Source: the human T2T-CHM13v2.0 reference genome, Homo sapiens
Assembly (NCBI RefSeq): GCF_009914755.1
Contig: NC_060944.1
Reading direction: 5' to 3' (one strand)
Length of the DNA: 64,000 nucleotides
This document shows, piece by piece, positions 12,332-27,548 of this stretch. Below the pieces are notes generated by a model. That model was not told the origin of the DNA and ran no database searches. It was given only the letters and a program-made list of their open reading frames with translations. The stretch's first letter is position 1. The number at the start of each line of letters is the position of its first letter. A program made the translations under genes and the position numbers.

Positions 12332-15300
12332 GGCCCCGGCTGCCTCCTGCCGGTCCTCCTCGGGCGATCTCCCCGACCAAGCGCTTTTCAGATTCTGAAA
12401 GGAGGGGGTTTCAACCTGATCCTAAAGTGCCTGGACAGTGGAAGGAATTGATCCCCCACAGGCCCTTCTCCCCTCCGACCGCAGCCCTTCCTGGTCTGCT
12501 GAGTTCAGGAGGCACCAGTGTCGACCCCCAGGTGAACTTCTTTCCATTTGCTCCACTTAGGATTAAAGGGAGTGGGGCTGGGGCTGGGGATGGGCCAGGC
12601 TGGGGTGAATTTCCATGGCTGGCCCTCTACTCTCCCCCACTGGGGAACTTTCTGGGACCAGAAACTTCAAGTGCAGAGAAGCACAAGTGGCCGCTCCTTC
12701 CAGTCACCGCCCTCCTTGCCACATTTCCATTAGCACCAAAATCACAACATCCAGAGCCTGGATGGCTTCGCGGCTTGGATAATTATTTTCTCATTAGTTC
12801 CATTCACATTCACCTGCGATCTTCATTAGACACTGATGTATATATAAAACGGTCATCTTTGGGTATACGCAGCCAACTGGGCCCACTGCGTCACTGGCGC
12901 CTGCCCCCAGCCCTTCACTCCACACCCACTCCCTCCAGTGTGGGCAGTGGGCAAGGGTTCCAGGCTCCCACGCATGTGCAGGAGGAAGCGTCCTGGGGGG
13001 CTGGGGCAGATGGCCTCACACTGTTCCTAGGCTTCTGCCTCTGCTGCCTGGACGCCCACCATTAGCAGGGCAGTGTGAAGGCTTGACAATCGCCCCTTCT
13101 TGTGCCTGGGACCATGCGTGGTTGGATCACGAGGGACCCTGCAGGACAGCTGGAGTACCTTAGAGTCTGCAGGCTTCCTGTCTTCCCAGAATCACCTATA
13201 ATATGTTCTGTCTCTGGGGCTGACAGCCCAGGAAGTTGACATTCCAAGCCCCCAAATGGCCAGTTGTATCCACTCGTCCCACAGCGCTTCTTGAAGGGCC
13301 ACTCTGGGGGCAGTCGCTGTGTTAGCTGTCAGACTTCAGCAGGGCATCAAGGAGAGCCCCATCCTCGCAGAATGGAATACGGAAGAACACACGCACAATC
13401 ACCAGTATGTGGCTGTCTTTGACCTGCAAGAGCAGCGATTTCATTTAGTTAGACTTAATCCACTGCAGGCAAACAAAGAGATGATAAGCAAAGGCCAGGA
13501 ATGTGTTATAGAACTAAGTGCTGCAGTGGAAGGAGAGCAGGGCCAGAGGCTTCTGCGCAGAGAAGGGGGAGAGGGCAGGAGTGTGCGGTGGATCCCAACC
13601 ACCTGCAGGAACAGGTGCTGGCCCAGCTGAGGAGGCAAAACCACGACACCAGAAGACGAGCAGATTGCCTTTTCCAGAATACCTCCCTGGGAGTCTCCGT
13701 CTGCACCCAGGAGAGCTTGGAGAAGTCCCCTGAGGGAGCCCAGCCCCTCCCTGGATGGATGCTTTTGTTTGCTTTGTAGTGGCTGGTGCAGGCTTGGGCC
13801 AGAACTGAGTCGCTGGACAACAGAGGCAGGGCTCTATCTCCATGAGCCTCCTCTCCAGCTTCCTCCCACCACACTACCCTCTCCTCTGATGAGACATAAA
13901 ATGACCCCCAGTTTGGACATGCCCAGGCCCCTCTCCAATGTGGCCGTGCATTCTGAACAAGCCGTCATGGGCAGTGTCTTCTGGAATCAGCTGTGGACAG
14001 CCCTCGCCCCTCCTCAGGCACCCTGGGGCTGGTTCTGGCCCCTCTAGAGTCCCTCATGCCTCTCGGGGTGGCAACCTGCCTCTGGAGTCAGACCTGGGGT
14101 TGAGTCCCCATCTGCAAGGTCCCATGTCTGTGTAGCTGTGGGTGGGTCGCCCAAGCTCTCAGAGCCTCTCTCTGCCCACCTGTGAAGGGGGATCATGCCA
14201 GCACTTTCCTTGTATGATCCAATGAGATGAGGTGTGCACAGTCAGCATTCAAACCACGTCAAATAGTTTGGGTTCTTTTTTGTCTTCCGTAGGGTAGCTG
14301 CAGGTGGTTCCCTGAAGCAAAGTCCACTCATGTCTGTTCTACCTCTAGCAGTCTCCAGCACTATTTTCAGGATTGTCTTAAACCCTCAAAAAGATGGCCC
14401 ACTCCTGACCTTCCAGAAACATTTCTACAGACCAGCCAGAAACTCAGGTTCCCCAGGAGCTTGCCTTTCCCCAGCTCCAGGTTCACAGCCTCCATGAAAG
14501 TAGAAAGACTAACAAGCTTTCTAGAAGAGGAAAATTAACAAATGAGATGTCTTTCAAAGAGTGCATGCAAGGAGGGCCATGCTGTAGCCAGCTCCAAATA
14601 AATAGGCACTTTGGGTATTTCCAAGGCAAATGGGAGAGCCGGGGGCTTGTGAGATGCTGCTTCTCCGTGACAGTGACTCTGCAAATATCACCCTCAGCCC
14701 GCACGGCTGGAATTCTCTTTGCCCCAATTAGGAGAAGCCATTATGTCCCGCTCCACTGGAACCCCTCCTGTGTTTTTCTGCAATGTAATTTGGAGATCAC
14801 TTGCATTTAAGTATCCCATAAACAACATCACCATCTCATCTATTAACCAGTTCTCAGACCACAGCTCTTCAGAGGGAGAGCTTTCTCCCCTAACCCATCC
14901 CTGGCACTGTTCGCAATGTCTCTGAGAAAGGGCTGCAGGCAAGTGTCGATCCAGCCAAACCCAGGACTCATTAGGGCCTCTCTTACCAGCGTAGGATTTG
15001 CAGCACTTAAGCCATAATAGACATCAGAGAATGGACAAAAAGTGGAATGGAAAATACGCTCTCAAATGCAGTAGAAAGTGAAGGTCATCATTGCTATTCA
15101 GAGATGGACAGACCAAGTAAAAAGCACCCTGTTCTTTGAGGAGACCGTCTCCCCACTCCACAGCTGATGACTGGACACCTGGATCTGCTGCTCTGCAGAG
15201 AAATTGAAAGCTCACAGCAAATGCTTAGTTTTTTTCTCTTCTGTTCATCATACTGATTCAGGGAATCCAAAAGGCCTGGTCACTGAAAGTCAAGTAGATT

Positions 15301-15629
15301 TTCTGGGGAGACGGGGTGGTGTGTGCAGAGCCATGGACCCCAAATTTCAGCGAGCAGGGACTCAGCTCTCTGAATTTTTGCATCTGCAGGCCTAGTGCTA
15401 TGATTTTCTTAGTATTGTTTTGCTCTTTCATTATTTACATGCGTGATTTGACAAGGAAATTTTACTCTCCCATAGTGAATGGAAAAATCTCTATCACTTG
15501 CCACAAATAGGAAATATCCATCATAATGGGTGCAGACACATTAGCATAATAATTGTCCATGTATCAACCAAAACCATCTCTACTTTGCTTTGGGAAATGA
15601 AGGTTAAAGGGACAAGAGCTTTGGAATAA

Positions 15630-15986
<357 letters not shown>

Positions 15987-17619
15987 CCATGTTGTTATTT
16001 GGAAGACACCAAAGCGTCACAAAATACTAGAAAAGCAGGGGAGCCTTAGAAAACGACCTCTGCATGGAGAATGCTGAGGTCCAGAGCACAGGCCGGGCTT
16101 CCCTAAGGCAACGCGCTCAGGTTTGTTTCGTAGGAATTCATTTTCCCTCCCCTATGATGTTTTTTTTTTTGTATATAACAAATTATCACAGTATGTTTCT
16201 GGTTTTGTTTTTGTTTTTAAGAAAGTTCAATCTTATACATTGATTTCTGAGCACTTATTTCTGGTTCAAAAAGCAAAACCTACAAAAGTGTGGGGCGGGA
16301 GGCATCTTTGTCTTTGTAGCCTCTCTCTTGCCACCCACTCCTCCTGGGAACCAGCTAGCCTGGGGATGCACAGGGTATACACATGCCAGTGCACACATGT
16401 ATTTTTTTCCCCTTTTTAAAATAAACACAGATGGTAGCATACGATATTGTTCTGCACCTTGCTTCACCAGTGCAATGACGCGTCTCCGATCACTATACAA
16501 TGAGCCTCCTGCTTCTTTTTTTTAGTGCTACGTGGTAATTCCATCACAAGGGAGAAATGGGGTTTATTTAACCAATCCTGTGATGGTACCTGCGTTGTTT
16601 CTAGTCTGTTGCTATTACCAACGGCTCCACAATGAATAAACCAGTATATTCATCCTTTGGGCCTGCGTGAGGACAGCAGCAGGATAAATTCCTAGCCGTG
16701 TCATTAGCATGCGTCTTAGAATGTCATTTAGCATGTGTTTATAATGTTCCCATCCCCGTGGGATGAAGGTTCTGTAGCAAGGAAGTCAAGATCAGGGGAC
16801 ATGGGCTCAAAAGAGTTGCTTTTTATTTTCTCCATGTCAAGAAAATGTCTCTCCCAGCCTCAGTCTTTAGAAAAAAGGATAATTCAGTTGGGGCTGCACA
16901 CCCCTGACTGGGTTCTCTATGAATTATGGATTTTTTAAAAGACAGGAAGCGAGGTGAGATATTGCATTCCCCAAACTGGTTTTATCTTGCTCAATTTGAA
17001 GTTCGTCTTCTCATTCTGATGTCAGGCACTGGTGTGCAGGGTGGCCGCAGAAGCCTCTCTGTGGGCCTTCTCACAATTAGTCCTTGGCTTTATGCGATCC
17101 CAGGAAGCGAGGGATTTGTTTTTTCAGCGTTCGTGGGCTCATTTCTGTGGTTCCTGTCACCCTGGCTGCTGGAACACAGCCTACCTGTCATGTCATTATT
17201 TGTAGGAAAACTGGAGCCCCGGTCCCACACCTCACACGGCCTAGTGAGGCTTGTCTGGGGGACTTGGGGGTGTCCAGACCACTAGGGGTCCTGTCTGGGC
17301 AGTAGGCTGTCTTGGAGGGGGTAGACACAAATGGAAAATTTTTGAAGATGGAAAACATGAGCAGTGACTCAGAAATGCAGCAAACCAGTATCCTGACTCA
17401 GGAGCCTGCGTTATCACTACAAAGTCCACTCGTCAGAACACCCAGCAGGCTGGAGCCAAGGGGTCTGCACCCGTGTGACTTTGTCACTCCCACACTAGCA
17501 CGTGCCCTTGTCTGTAGACACGTTCAGTTGTTTGGATTTGGTGGCGGAGGTGCTCTGATCCCTCTACAATGAGCCTTCTGCTTCTTTTTTAGCACTACAC
17601 GGTAATTCCATTGCAAGGC

Positions 17620-17745
17620 AGGTATCGCATCTCACAGGTAGAGGCCAGGGTTGCTGTTACACATCCTACAATGTCCAGTCCACGGCCCTCACAATACAGA
17701 ATGATCCCACCCCAAATGACAGTTACACCCTGGCTGGAAAAACCA
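17620..17745 (+). mobile_element. MER20 fragment
   Basis: GGTAGAGGCCAGGGTTGCTGTTACACATCCTACAATG matches the other MER20 copies in the window. Confidence 0.7.
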
Positions 17746-18392
17746 GACAAAATCAAAATCACCCCGGGACTAAATGCTATCTTTGCAAGGTGGGAGTGCC
17801 CATTCCACACACCCTCAGGACAGGAGGTTCGCCGGGCCTATCCGTGCTCCTCCTTCTCAGGCCAGGTACCTGGCAAATAGGGGGCCCTCACCGAGGCCGG
17901 GTCTCCTAAGTCACTATGCTGCAAAAACCCACACAGCATCTCGGAGGGGAAATATGTGAGGGAAGTAATATCTCAGGATTCTCAACGATTTTTCTCCTCT
18001 GAGCTCAGAGAGCTTTTCCAGGACAATGTTACTTTATATTCCCATAATATAATGCAAGAAGGATTGCTCTTCTCACTTCCAGATAGACATATTTCCCGGA
18101 GAGCTGCTCCTGACAGCTAGTTAGTGAGGGGGCTGGATCAGAATCGATAAGTCCTGAAGCCCTTTTTTATTTTTACAAAATGAAAACAGCTTTTTTTTCC
18201 TGATTATAAAAATGATACATGGACATTGTTTCTTAAAAAATTCAAACAGTACAGAAAAACATAGAAAAATAAAAAATCACCCAAATCCTTTCACCAAGAG
18301 ATAAACAAATGTAGACATTTGGGTACATGTCTTTCTAGCTCTTTCTCTGCGTGCAGGCATACACATATTTTACCAACACCGTTTTACCTACA

Positions 18393-18594
18393 TCAGGGTT
18401 CCAGGACCACTATTGACATTTGTCGCTGGATTGTTCTCTGCGGTGGGGGCCTTCTTGTGCGTTGTAGGATGTTAGCTGCACCCCAGCCTCTACCCAGTAG
18501 ACGCTACCCACCCCAGTCATGACAACTAAAAATGTCTCCAGACATTGCCAAATGCTCCCCTGGGGGGCAAAATTGCCCCAGTTGAGAACCACTG
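18393..18594 (-). mobile_element. MER20 DNA transposon
   Basis: AAAAATGTCTCCAGACATTGCCAAATG...GGGGGGCAAAATTGCCCCAGTTGAGAACCACTG. Confidence 0.85.
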
Positions 18595-21500
18595 AGATAA
18601 ATGGAATCATGTACCTACTGTTCGGTATGAACCCGATGTCTGGAGGAAGAAGAGTAAGGCTTTGTCTTAGGACTTTTGTGTCCTTTGGTTTTTTGGCAGC
18701 AGAGTCCAGGGTCAAGGTCCACTCTGATATTTACAAGGGAAGAACTTTACGTAAATGACCGCCCTGAGCCTCAGTTTCCACATCTGCAAACAGGGACAGT
18801 GACGGGACAATGCCTGTGCCACAGGTCGTTGAACCGCGTCCCAGAAACGATGTGTGGGAGGGGATTCCTGTGGGGCCCATCGAAACCCTGCCTGGTGGGT
18901 CCCACTGTGCGCCTGGCTTCCTGTTCCTGTGGTGGGGACTGGGCAGGGGAGGGCACCCCAGGCTGAGCGATTCTGGGCACCATGGCTGAGCAGCAGTGGT
19001 GGGGCTGACGAAGGCAAAAGTCGTGACGTTCTGTTTGTGGGCTTTGTTTTTTAATTCAATTCTTTTGGAAAACAGATAAGCACGAGTCTGCTTCAATCTA
19101 GTATGCTAGGTTTTTGGGGTGTTTTTTCATGTAAACTTTAGTTTCTTTTGAGCTTCAGATATTAAGAAAAAAAAAGACAAATGTACAAGATCAGTGGGAG
19201 GCTTAAGCAAATTGGTTTATTCCACTGGGTGGGGAGTCGGGGTTGATGAGTCACAATCCTGGTTTTGTCGGATTTTTACAAAGTAGCCTGTGGTTTCAAA
19301 ACCGGTGAAAAGAAAGAAGACGGCAGCCTCTCTTGCTGTTGTCCCCTCTCCCAAACCCTGCCTCCATTTCTATGACATGCCCTACCTCACAGCCTGAGGT
19401 GGTTGAGTCAGGCCCCCAGGCCCACTGTGGGCCAGGTCCTCATGTGGAAGGGACATCTGCGGAATGATGATGGTGCCTGTTCCCTCCTTAAGGACGACAT
19501 CAGACCCTCCTCGTGTTTTCCTCTTTTTTCCAACAAAGGAGCACAGTTCTGGGATGCGAGCTGGCCCCACCCATGCTCCGTGCTTACCCCTCTCCCTCGG
19601 GCACCTGGTGTCCCCAGGTCCTCTCCCCAGGGCCTTTGCACATGCTGTTCCCCACTGGTGCATGCTGCCTGCCCCTCGGCCTTGCGGCCACAGCAGGCGC
19701 CACTTCCTCTGGGAAGACCCAGCTCTTCCCACACACTTTGCAGTGTGCCGGCTTCAGAGATGACCTGATCAACCTGTCTCCTCCCAAGCCTGAGAGCACC
19801 CCGGGGTTGGAACCTGACTCATTTTGCCCAGGACTGTATGGACTCTGGGGATAGGCCATGATATTTGAAGGAAAGAGGTAGGGAAGAAAGGAGATCCTTC
19901 CATCTTTAAAAGTGTGAATTTTTTTTGTTGTTTTTTTGCCTTCCACATCGCAATCTTCCATATTCAGGTGGTTCAGGAAAACAGGAGCTCTCACTGCCTA
20001 CTCCTCTCTTCCTCTTCTGGGGGCCAAGGTGAGCCACTCCCATTAGTGGATTCGGGAGATGCATCCATTAGGCCACCTGCCCATGGCCCGGGTGGCCGCC
20101 TCTGCCGCCAGCCGGTGCGTGGGAGAAGCGATGACCCAGCACTTCCCCAGCATGAGTGACCAAATAGCCGCTCTAGCCTTTCCCAAGGAGCCATCCTCTG
20201 TCCATAATGGAGAAATTATGTGAGGCGTAATTTATAGTAAAAATCAAATGAACATTAATTCTGGTGAGTCATCCATGCAGAAAGGGCATCGGCTATGGAT
20301 GTGGGCTGCCGCCGAGTACAGCTGAATGTTTAATCAAAGTGAGCCAAGACTGCGCCACAGGTTGTGGTTCCTGAAGTTTGGAGGTGCTGGGGTTTGAGCC
20401 CTCCCCATGGCCGCAGGATACACCTACGCCACCTCAGAGGGGTCCTGAGCTAGGAGGGGACTTGGCGAATAGTCCATCCACCTCCTTTATTTTACAAATG
20501 GGCACTGGAAGACCAGTGGGGAGACACCAAACTCATCAGCAAGCCTCTGCCCCCCAGCCTCCCCATCCCTGTCCACATGGCGGCCCAGCCCACATCCTCC
20601 ACCACTCTCCCTGCTCCTCACAGCTGCGGGCAGCCACCTTCCAGGCTGCTTAGACCCTGTTCCTCTTCTGTCTGCCCTCGGTCACCTCCTCCCTGGTTCA
20701 GGTACTGTGACATTGTCCCAGGAAGACTCCAATAGTACCAACTTTCCATGTCTCTTGACTTCCACTCTGGCCTCCAATGGCATTCTAGAAGGAACTTTAC
20801 AAAATGCAAAGTGGGGTGTGTCACTGTCTATGTGAAACAATGGCTCGCACCCCCGGGGAAAATCCAGGCTGGAGGGCGAGAGGAGGTCAAGGTCTTCCCA
20901 TGCGGTGGTCATCCTCACGTGGGCACCTTTCCCTTTTGCTTGGCTGTCTGGCCACGTCCTCCAGGAAGCCCTCCCTGTACCTCCCTGCTAAGCTCCTGCT
21001 ATTCACTTGGCCAGGGTCTGTCTCAGGCATGGGCTTTAAGCTCCATGAGGACAGGCTCATGTCCATCTTGCCCTCCTCCAGGCCCAGATAAGGGTCTGGC
21101 ATGCAGTAGGTGTGCATTTGTCTTGTGGACTGTCTGCTTGGAGGCATGGATGATGATGGCTTGCCACAGGGAGCTGGTGATGGTGCTAGGGACCCCTCTT
21201 TTCTTCCTCTTCCCCTGGCCTTTCTAGGACTGTCCAGAAGGAAGCTGTTCCTTCAGAAAGCTGAGGAGGGGGCACCCTCATTCCCACCCTCATCCCTGCC
21301 TTTCACTTGACATTGCAGCAAGGCCAGGTGTGTCCTTCCACCCGGCCTGGACTGCAGGCCAGTCCTCCCAATTTGGTGTGAAACAGCAGGCCACAGATGG
21401 CTACATTCAAAGGCAAGTGCAAATGCCTGGTGCACAAGCACATTTTCTTTTTGAGAGGGTGGCATCAGCCCAGATTCACCTCTAATTACAAGACCGTCTT

Positions 21501-22054
21501 GCCTTTTGAGAAAGTGAAGAATTTCAGGGGAGTGTGGGAAGATGTTTGTGGGCAGGCAGGACTCCCCGGCTCTCCTTCTGCCAGGAGTGCGCTCTGGGTT
21601 TCTTAGACTTGTGGAAACCACTGCCAACAGCCAGGAAGGCGGGACCGACAGAGCCTCAGGCCCCAGGACATCTCTGCTAGGCGGCCCCAGCTGGCCAGCG
21701 AGTCTCTTGACCATGGCCTTCGTTTTGGAGGCAGCTTGGGTCTTCCCTAGCAGCGTGTCCCACACTGTAAACAGGAGCATGCAGCAGCTTCCAGGGCACC
21801 CCACAATGCCCTGCCTGCACCCCCACTCAAACCCAGCACCCACCCCCTCCATCTCACCCACTGCACATCTGTGGCTCCAGCCAAAGCCCCAGGTGCCTCC
21901 TGGACACTGACCCTTCCTTCACTGCCTGCGCTGCCCACCCACCTTCCCCACCTTCCTCATGTCGCCCCCCCGTAATCCTCTCTCACCTGAGCTGCCACAG
22001 CTGCCGGGAAAAGGAGCTTCTGCTCACCCATTACGGGCGTGGTCATGTCACTCC

Positions 22055-22089
22055 CACATGCGCGCGCGCGCACACACACACACACACAC
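22055..22089. repeat. (GC)n(AC)n alternating purine-pyrimidine microsatellite with a degenerate CA-rich tail to about 22200
   Basis: CACATGCGCGCGCGCGCACACACACACACACACAC read directly. Confidence 0.95.
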
Positions 22090-22534
22090 TGCACAAGTTC
22101 AGATGCTACAAGTGTACACACATACTGTTATGTGCACTCACACACACAAATACATGTGCACACAAATGCTGCACACGTGTGCACACACTCCACATGCAGC
22201 TATGTTCCCCCATACCCCTTCATCCCAGAATGTCCCCACCATGTAGGTGGAGGGGCATTATCTCTGTGTCCCTCCCATGGCCCACAGGGGACTCACCTTC
22301 TCTGACCTTGCCTGCTGCTCTCCTCTTCCCCTGGCTCACATGTGGGAGATCAGAGCATCAGGTGTGAGGGTGTTGGGGGCAGGCTGCAATTTCACAGCCC
22401 TGTTTTTTTCTGTAGCACCAATCTCTCCCAGAAGGCGTGATGCCTCCGTTTCTCTGTTTAGAGTCTGCCTGCACCACTCCTAGCTCATGAGTGCTGGGTC
22501 ACAACTGTTTATATCTCACACACACACACACACT

Positions 22535-23779
<1,245 letters not shown>

Positions 23780-26213
23780 TAAGGCCTGGGTGGCCTCACT
23801 GCTTCAAGGTCCTCTGGGAGCCCCTGGAAAGAACCAGGCAATAAAAGGGCATATACTAACCCTCTCTGCACACCTATGGAGACAAGTCTTTCTCTATCCA
23901 CCAGACTCTGTATTAAGCGACACATCACACATCACCAGGACTCCCGGGAAGTCACAGATTTTCTCTATGTCAACGATCCTGGGCCAGCAGTTTAGCTCAC
24001 GTTTACAGAGAGCAACCAGCCAGGTGGCAAATGCATCTATCTTTTTTTGGCGTTGGTGGTGGTGGCTCCTAGCATCTAGCTCGGGGAGCTGCTGAACACT
24101 CTATAATCCCCAGGACGGCCCCCACCAGGGATGGAAGCAGCCCTGAAGGTCAGCAGTGCTAGGGTGAAGGCCTGGGGTGCACAGATGCCGCAGGAGGGAA
24201 GCCTGGGAGAGCCGCTGCTGCTCCCCTGCCCCGCTTCATTTCCCAGCATGCCGCTTTTCCACACACGACACAGCCCACCCACTTCCTGTTGGTGGTCTGT
24301 CTCTCCCCTCCAGAAGCAAGCTCCATGCAGAAAGGGCTCTTCCCTCTTCTGTGACTGCCGTGTTCCACCCACATGGCTGGGCCCTCGGGAGGGCTCGGTG
24401 TCTAATGATCCCATGGGGAAAGGGGAGCTGGAATGGGGCAGAAGCCACCAGAAGGAAGGTCAGCCTTGGAAAGGAATCACAGTGGGTTTTCCCGAGACAG
24501 AGGGGCGAGTGGCAGGTGGGGTGACAGAAGGGAGGCCAACCCTGCAGCAGGGCTGGGGGCAGTGAGGGCTGCAGGGCCTGGGGGCAGGGCTCCCATGAAC
24601 TGTGCTACGGCACAGCCCAGGCATGGGGACACCCAAAAGAGAGGGCTGGGGTGCCAGCCTTAGCGGGAACAAGCAGGGAGCCCCCCACACCCCCACCTCA
24701 AGCTATGTCTCAAGGCCTGAGCCCCTGGGGCGTGCGCTTGCGTGTGAGTGAAGGCCTCTCTGCTCTCTTCCTGGCCTTCCCCAGCGCCCCTGGCCTCTTG
24801 CCCCATTCACACAAGGCCTTTTCCGCCTGGTACCTCAGCTGTGGGGCCTGGCTGGTGTAACTCATGGGGCCCCAGTGGGGGGCAGAGGGGCCACTGGTTT
24901 CCTGGCCTGCTGTCTCCACCAGGGTCTGGATCCAGGCACTTCTGCTGACAGCGCCCAGCGCGGGGCCACCATGTGCCCAGCGGCCTCCTGCAGAGAGGCC
25001 CCTGGGGAAGCTCCCCACTGGCCCCCTTTCCCCTGCCTAAGGGGAGGCCACAGCCACGGGAAGGGCTCAAGAATGGACTTCAGGGGTCCCTGAGACCCCA
25101 GAACTTTCAACTCTGAGTGACGTTCTTGCACTGGGAAGGGCCACTGTTCCTGCAGGTCCGGACTCTATTTTGGAGACTCCGCCAGCTCTAGCAGGAGGGA
25201 GGCTCACCCTTGCTTCTGCCCTCAGGACAGATGTGGGGACACTTTGCACCCCAAGTCCTCCTAGCCATGCCCGGCACCTCCCACCAAGTCTTGTCCACAC
25301 AGGGAGCGTCAGGCCACCCTGCCTGTCACACCCCAGTTGCCTTCCTGTCTTTTCATCTTTTTGCTCTGTCCATCCACTCATCCATTGGTCCGTCCAGCAA
25401 TAACCTGAGACCTGCTCCGTCCTAAGTGTATGAGAGAGTTCTGCCCTTTGGGGTTTAGTCTGGTGGGGGAGACAGGCGTTAAGACAGTGAGCCCGCAACT
25501 CCCCGCTGCGCTAATGCCATGAAGGCAGGGCCAGCCGCAGCAAGAGGAATCACAGTGGGGGCAACTGGTTCCACGCAGGAGTTGAGGGTGCCATGTTTCC
25601 AGCATGACCCCCAAGCAGCCACCATGAGTCAGAAGCAACCCAAGACCGTCAGACACTGCGCACTTGCTTCGAGGACTCTAGCAAGCAGAGCTGGGCTCTA
25701 TGAAGAGTAAATACAAGAGCAAACATCCACCACTCTTTCTACACAAGTTTATTAGGCACCTGCTGGGTATCACGTGTGGAGACAAGCTGGACAACGTAAC
25801 AATCCGCAAGGCAGCTACGGCCTTGCCCTGGAGCTCCCAGTCTAGCAGGGGTGGAAAACAGGTAAGCCCCCCAGCGGAAGCCCCAGACCTGGCATGCTGT
25901 GAGGTCGGGGAAGGAGCGGGGGCTTTCCCGAGGAGGCGTCAGTGAGGGTGGAGAGAGCCTCCGGAAGGGGAGCGGGCACCGGCGAGGATGGCACCGCATC
26001 CTGCAGGTGCTCGTGGCTGAGGGTGGGAGGTAGGTAAAACTCCCGGCAGTGGGGACCCACGGGAGACTGTGGCAGAGGCGCGGCACGGCGAGTTCACCAT
26101 TCCCCAGTGCCCGGCCGCCCCAGGGGACTCAGCAGCTGACATGACAGGGGCCCCTCTTGTATCGACTGTCCTGTCTCCACTCCTGGCACACAGCTGCGGG
26201 TGCAGCGCTCTTC

Positions 26214-26293
26214 AGAGCCCTTCAGGAGAGCCTCCACCCAACCCTCTGAATTAGGCACAACAGGATTGAGGGGGGGCCCTCTGGAAGGGTCCT
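26214..26293 (-). ncRNA. MIR296: pre-miR-296 hairpin
   Basis: Reverse complement gives 5p AGGGCCCCCCCUCAAUCCUGU (26260-26280) and 3p GAGGGUUGGGUGGAGGCUCUCC (26225-26246), with complementary arms. Confidence 0.97.
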
Positions 26294-26824
26294 TTCTCCT
26301 CACCTCCCACATGAGGCTGGGCCTGATTTCACAATTTCACTCAGGATCTTCCCTCCTCAATCCTCCCAGCCCTGTCCCATCTCAGTGGCCTGTGGTGGAC
26401 CCCAGATCCACAGACACAGGCCCTCTCCGCACAAGGGCTCACGTGGTCCCCAGCCAAGGCCCCTACAGCACTTTCTACGGAGCCCTCTTCCCAAACATGC
26501 ACATCCAGCTTGCCTCTCAGCCACCCCGCCTCCATCTCAGCTCCAAGGAGGCCTTGGCAGCAGGCTCGGGGCGCCATGGAACGGTTCACTGCGTCTCTGC
26601 CCTGGCCTCACGTGCTGCCGGCTGGCCTTGCCATTCATCTTCTGAAGGCTATTCTCTGATGGCTCTGCTGGCCACCTTGATCTGAGTGGCAGGTCTGTGC
26701 TAACAGTGTTTTGTGTGGGGCCCTGGGAGAAGAGTCCATGAACCACTGCCTAACTCAAGTGCTGCCACGGTGAAGCACCCCTGCCTAGTTCTGAACAGAC
26801 GCAGCACATCAAAGGGGAGCCGGC

Positions 26825-26912
26825 AGCTCACTCCTGAGCAAAGCAGCAGGCTAGTTCCTCACAGTCAAGGAAAACCACTGGGAGAACCTCCCTGCTTCTG
26901 CTGAAGACCTGA
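26825..26912 (-). ncRNA. MIR298: pre-miR-298 hairpin
   Basis: Reverse complement contains AGCAGAAGCAGGGAGGUUCUCCCA (26879-26902) pairing with GAGGAACUAGCCUGCUGCUUUGCU. Confidence 0.95.
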
Positions 26913-27548
26913 GCTGCTTCTCCCGGGTCCCCCAGTGCTGACAGGCCTCTAGCATCAGGTCCATGTGGCTGATTCTGGAGATCTTTAGGAGGATGGGACT
27001 GGCTGTTGAGAACTGTCAGTATGAGTCTGTCTGGCTACTCTGCCTGGGAACATTCACTGAGACATAAAGAAGATATTAAATAGCTGGAAAATTAGGAACC
27101 CAGCTAGGGCTGGAGGGGAGGTCTTAGAGGATCATTCTGTAAGTGCTGCCGGGGAAGGAACAACGGTGAGGGCTCAGGCTGGCTCTCTCTAGGGTCCTCC
27201 ACAGGAGGAAGAAGACCACAAATCTAACCAGCCTAGCAGCCCCAGATACACAGAGCACATGTGGACAAAGCTGTGGCTGCCTGCATTCCATGGGATCATC
27301 TTGTATGCAGCAGTAAGAAGGGTCTGTTCTATGACTGCTCTGCTGCCTTTTTTTTTTTTTAACAGCAGCTGGTTTGGAGTCTCCCACGTATTGCCTGAGG
27401 TGGTTTGGTGGTAACCAGCTAACAAAAATCCTTTCATTTTAGGTGCCTGTGGGTGGTGTGGTCGCCACCAAGAATGAGTCAAGTCATTTCTAAAGAATCC
27501 ACAGTAGGCTCTGTCTGACAGGGTGCATCTGGGAGGGCCTGCCGGGCC

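Noticed and set aside
12283-13065. 260-aa plus-strand ORF
   Set aside because: No recognisable homology; GC-rich sequence opposite the Piezo-like exon 1 and its upstream region.
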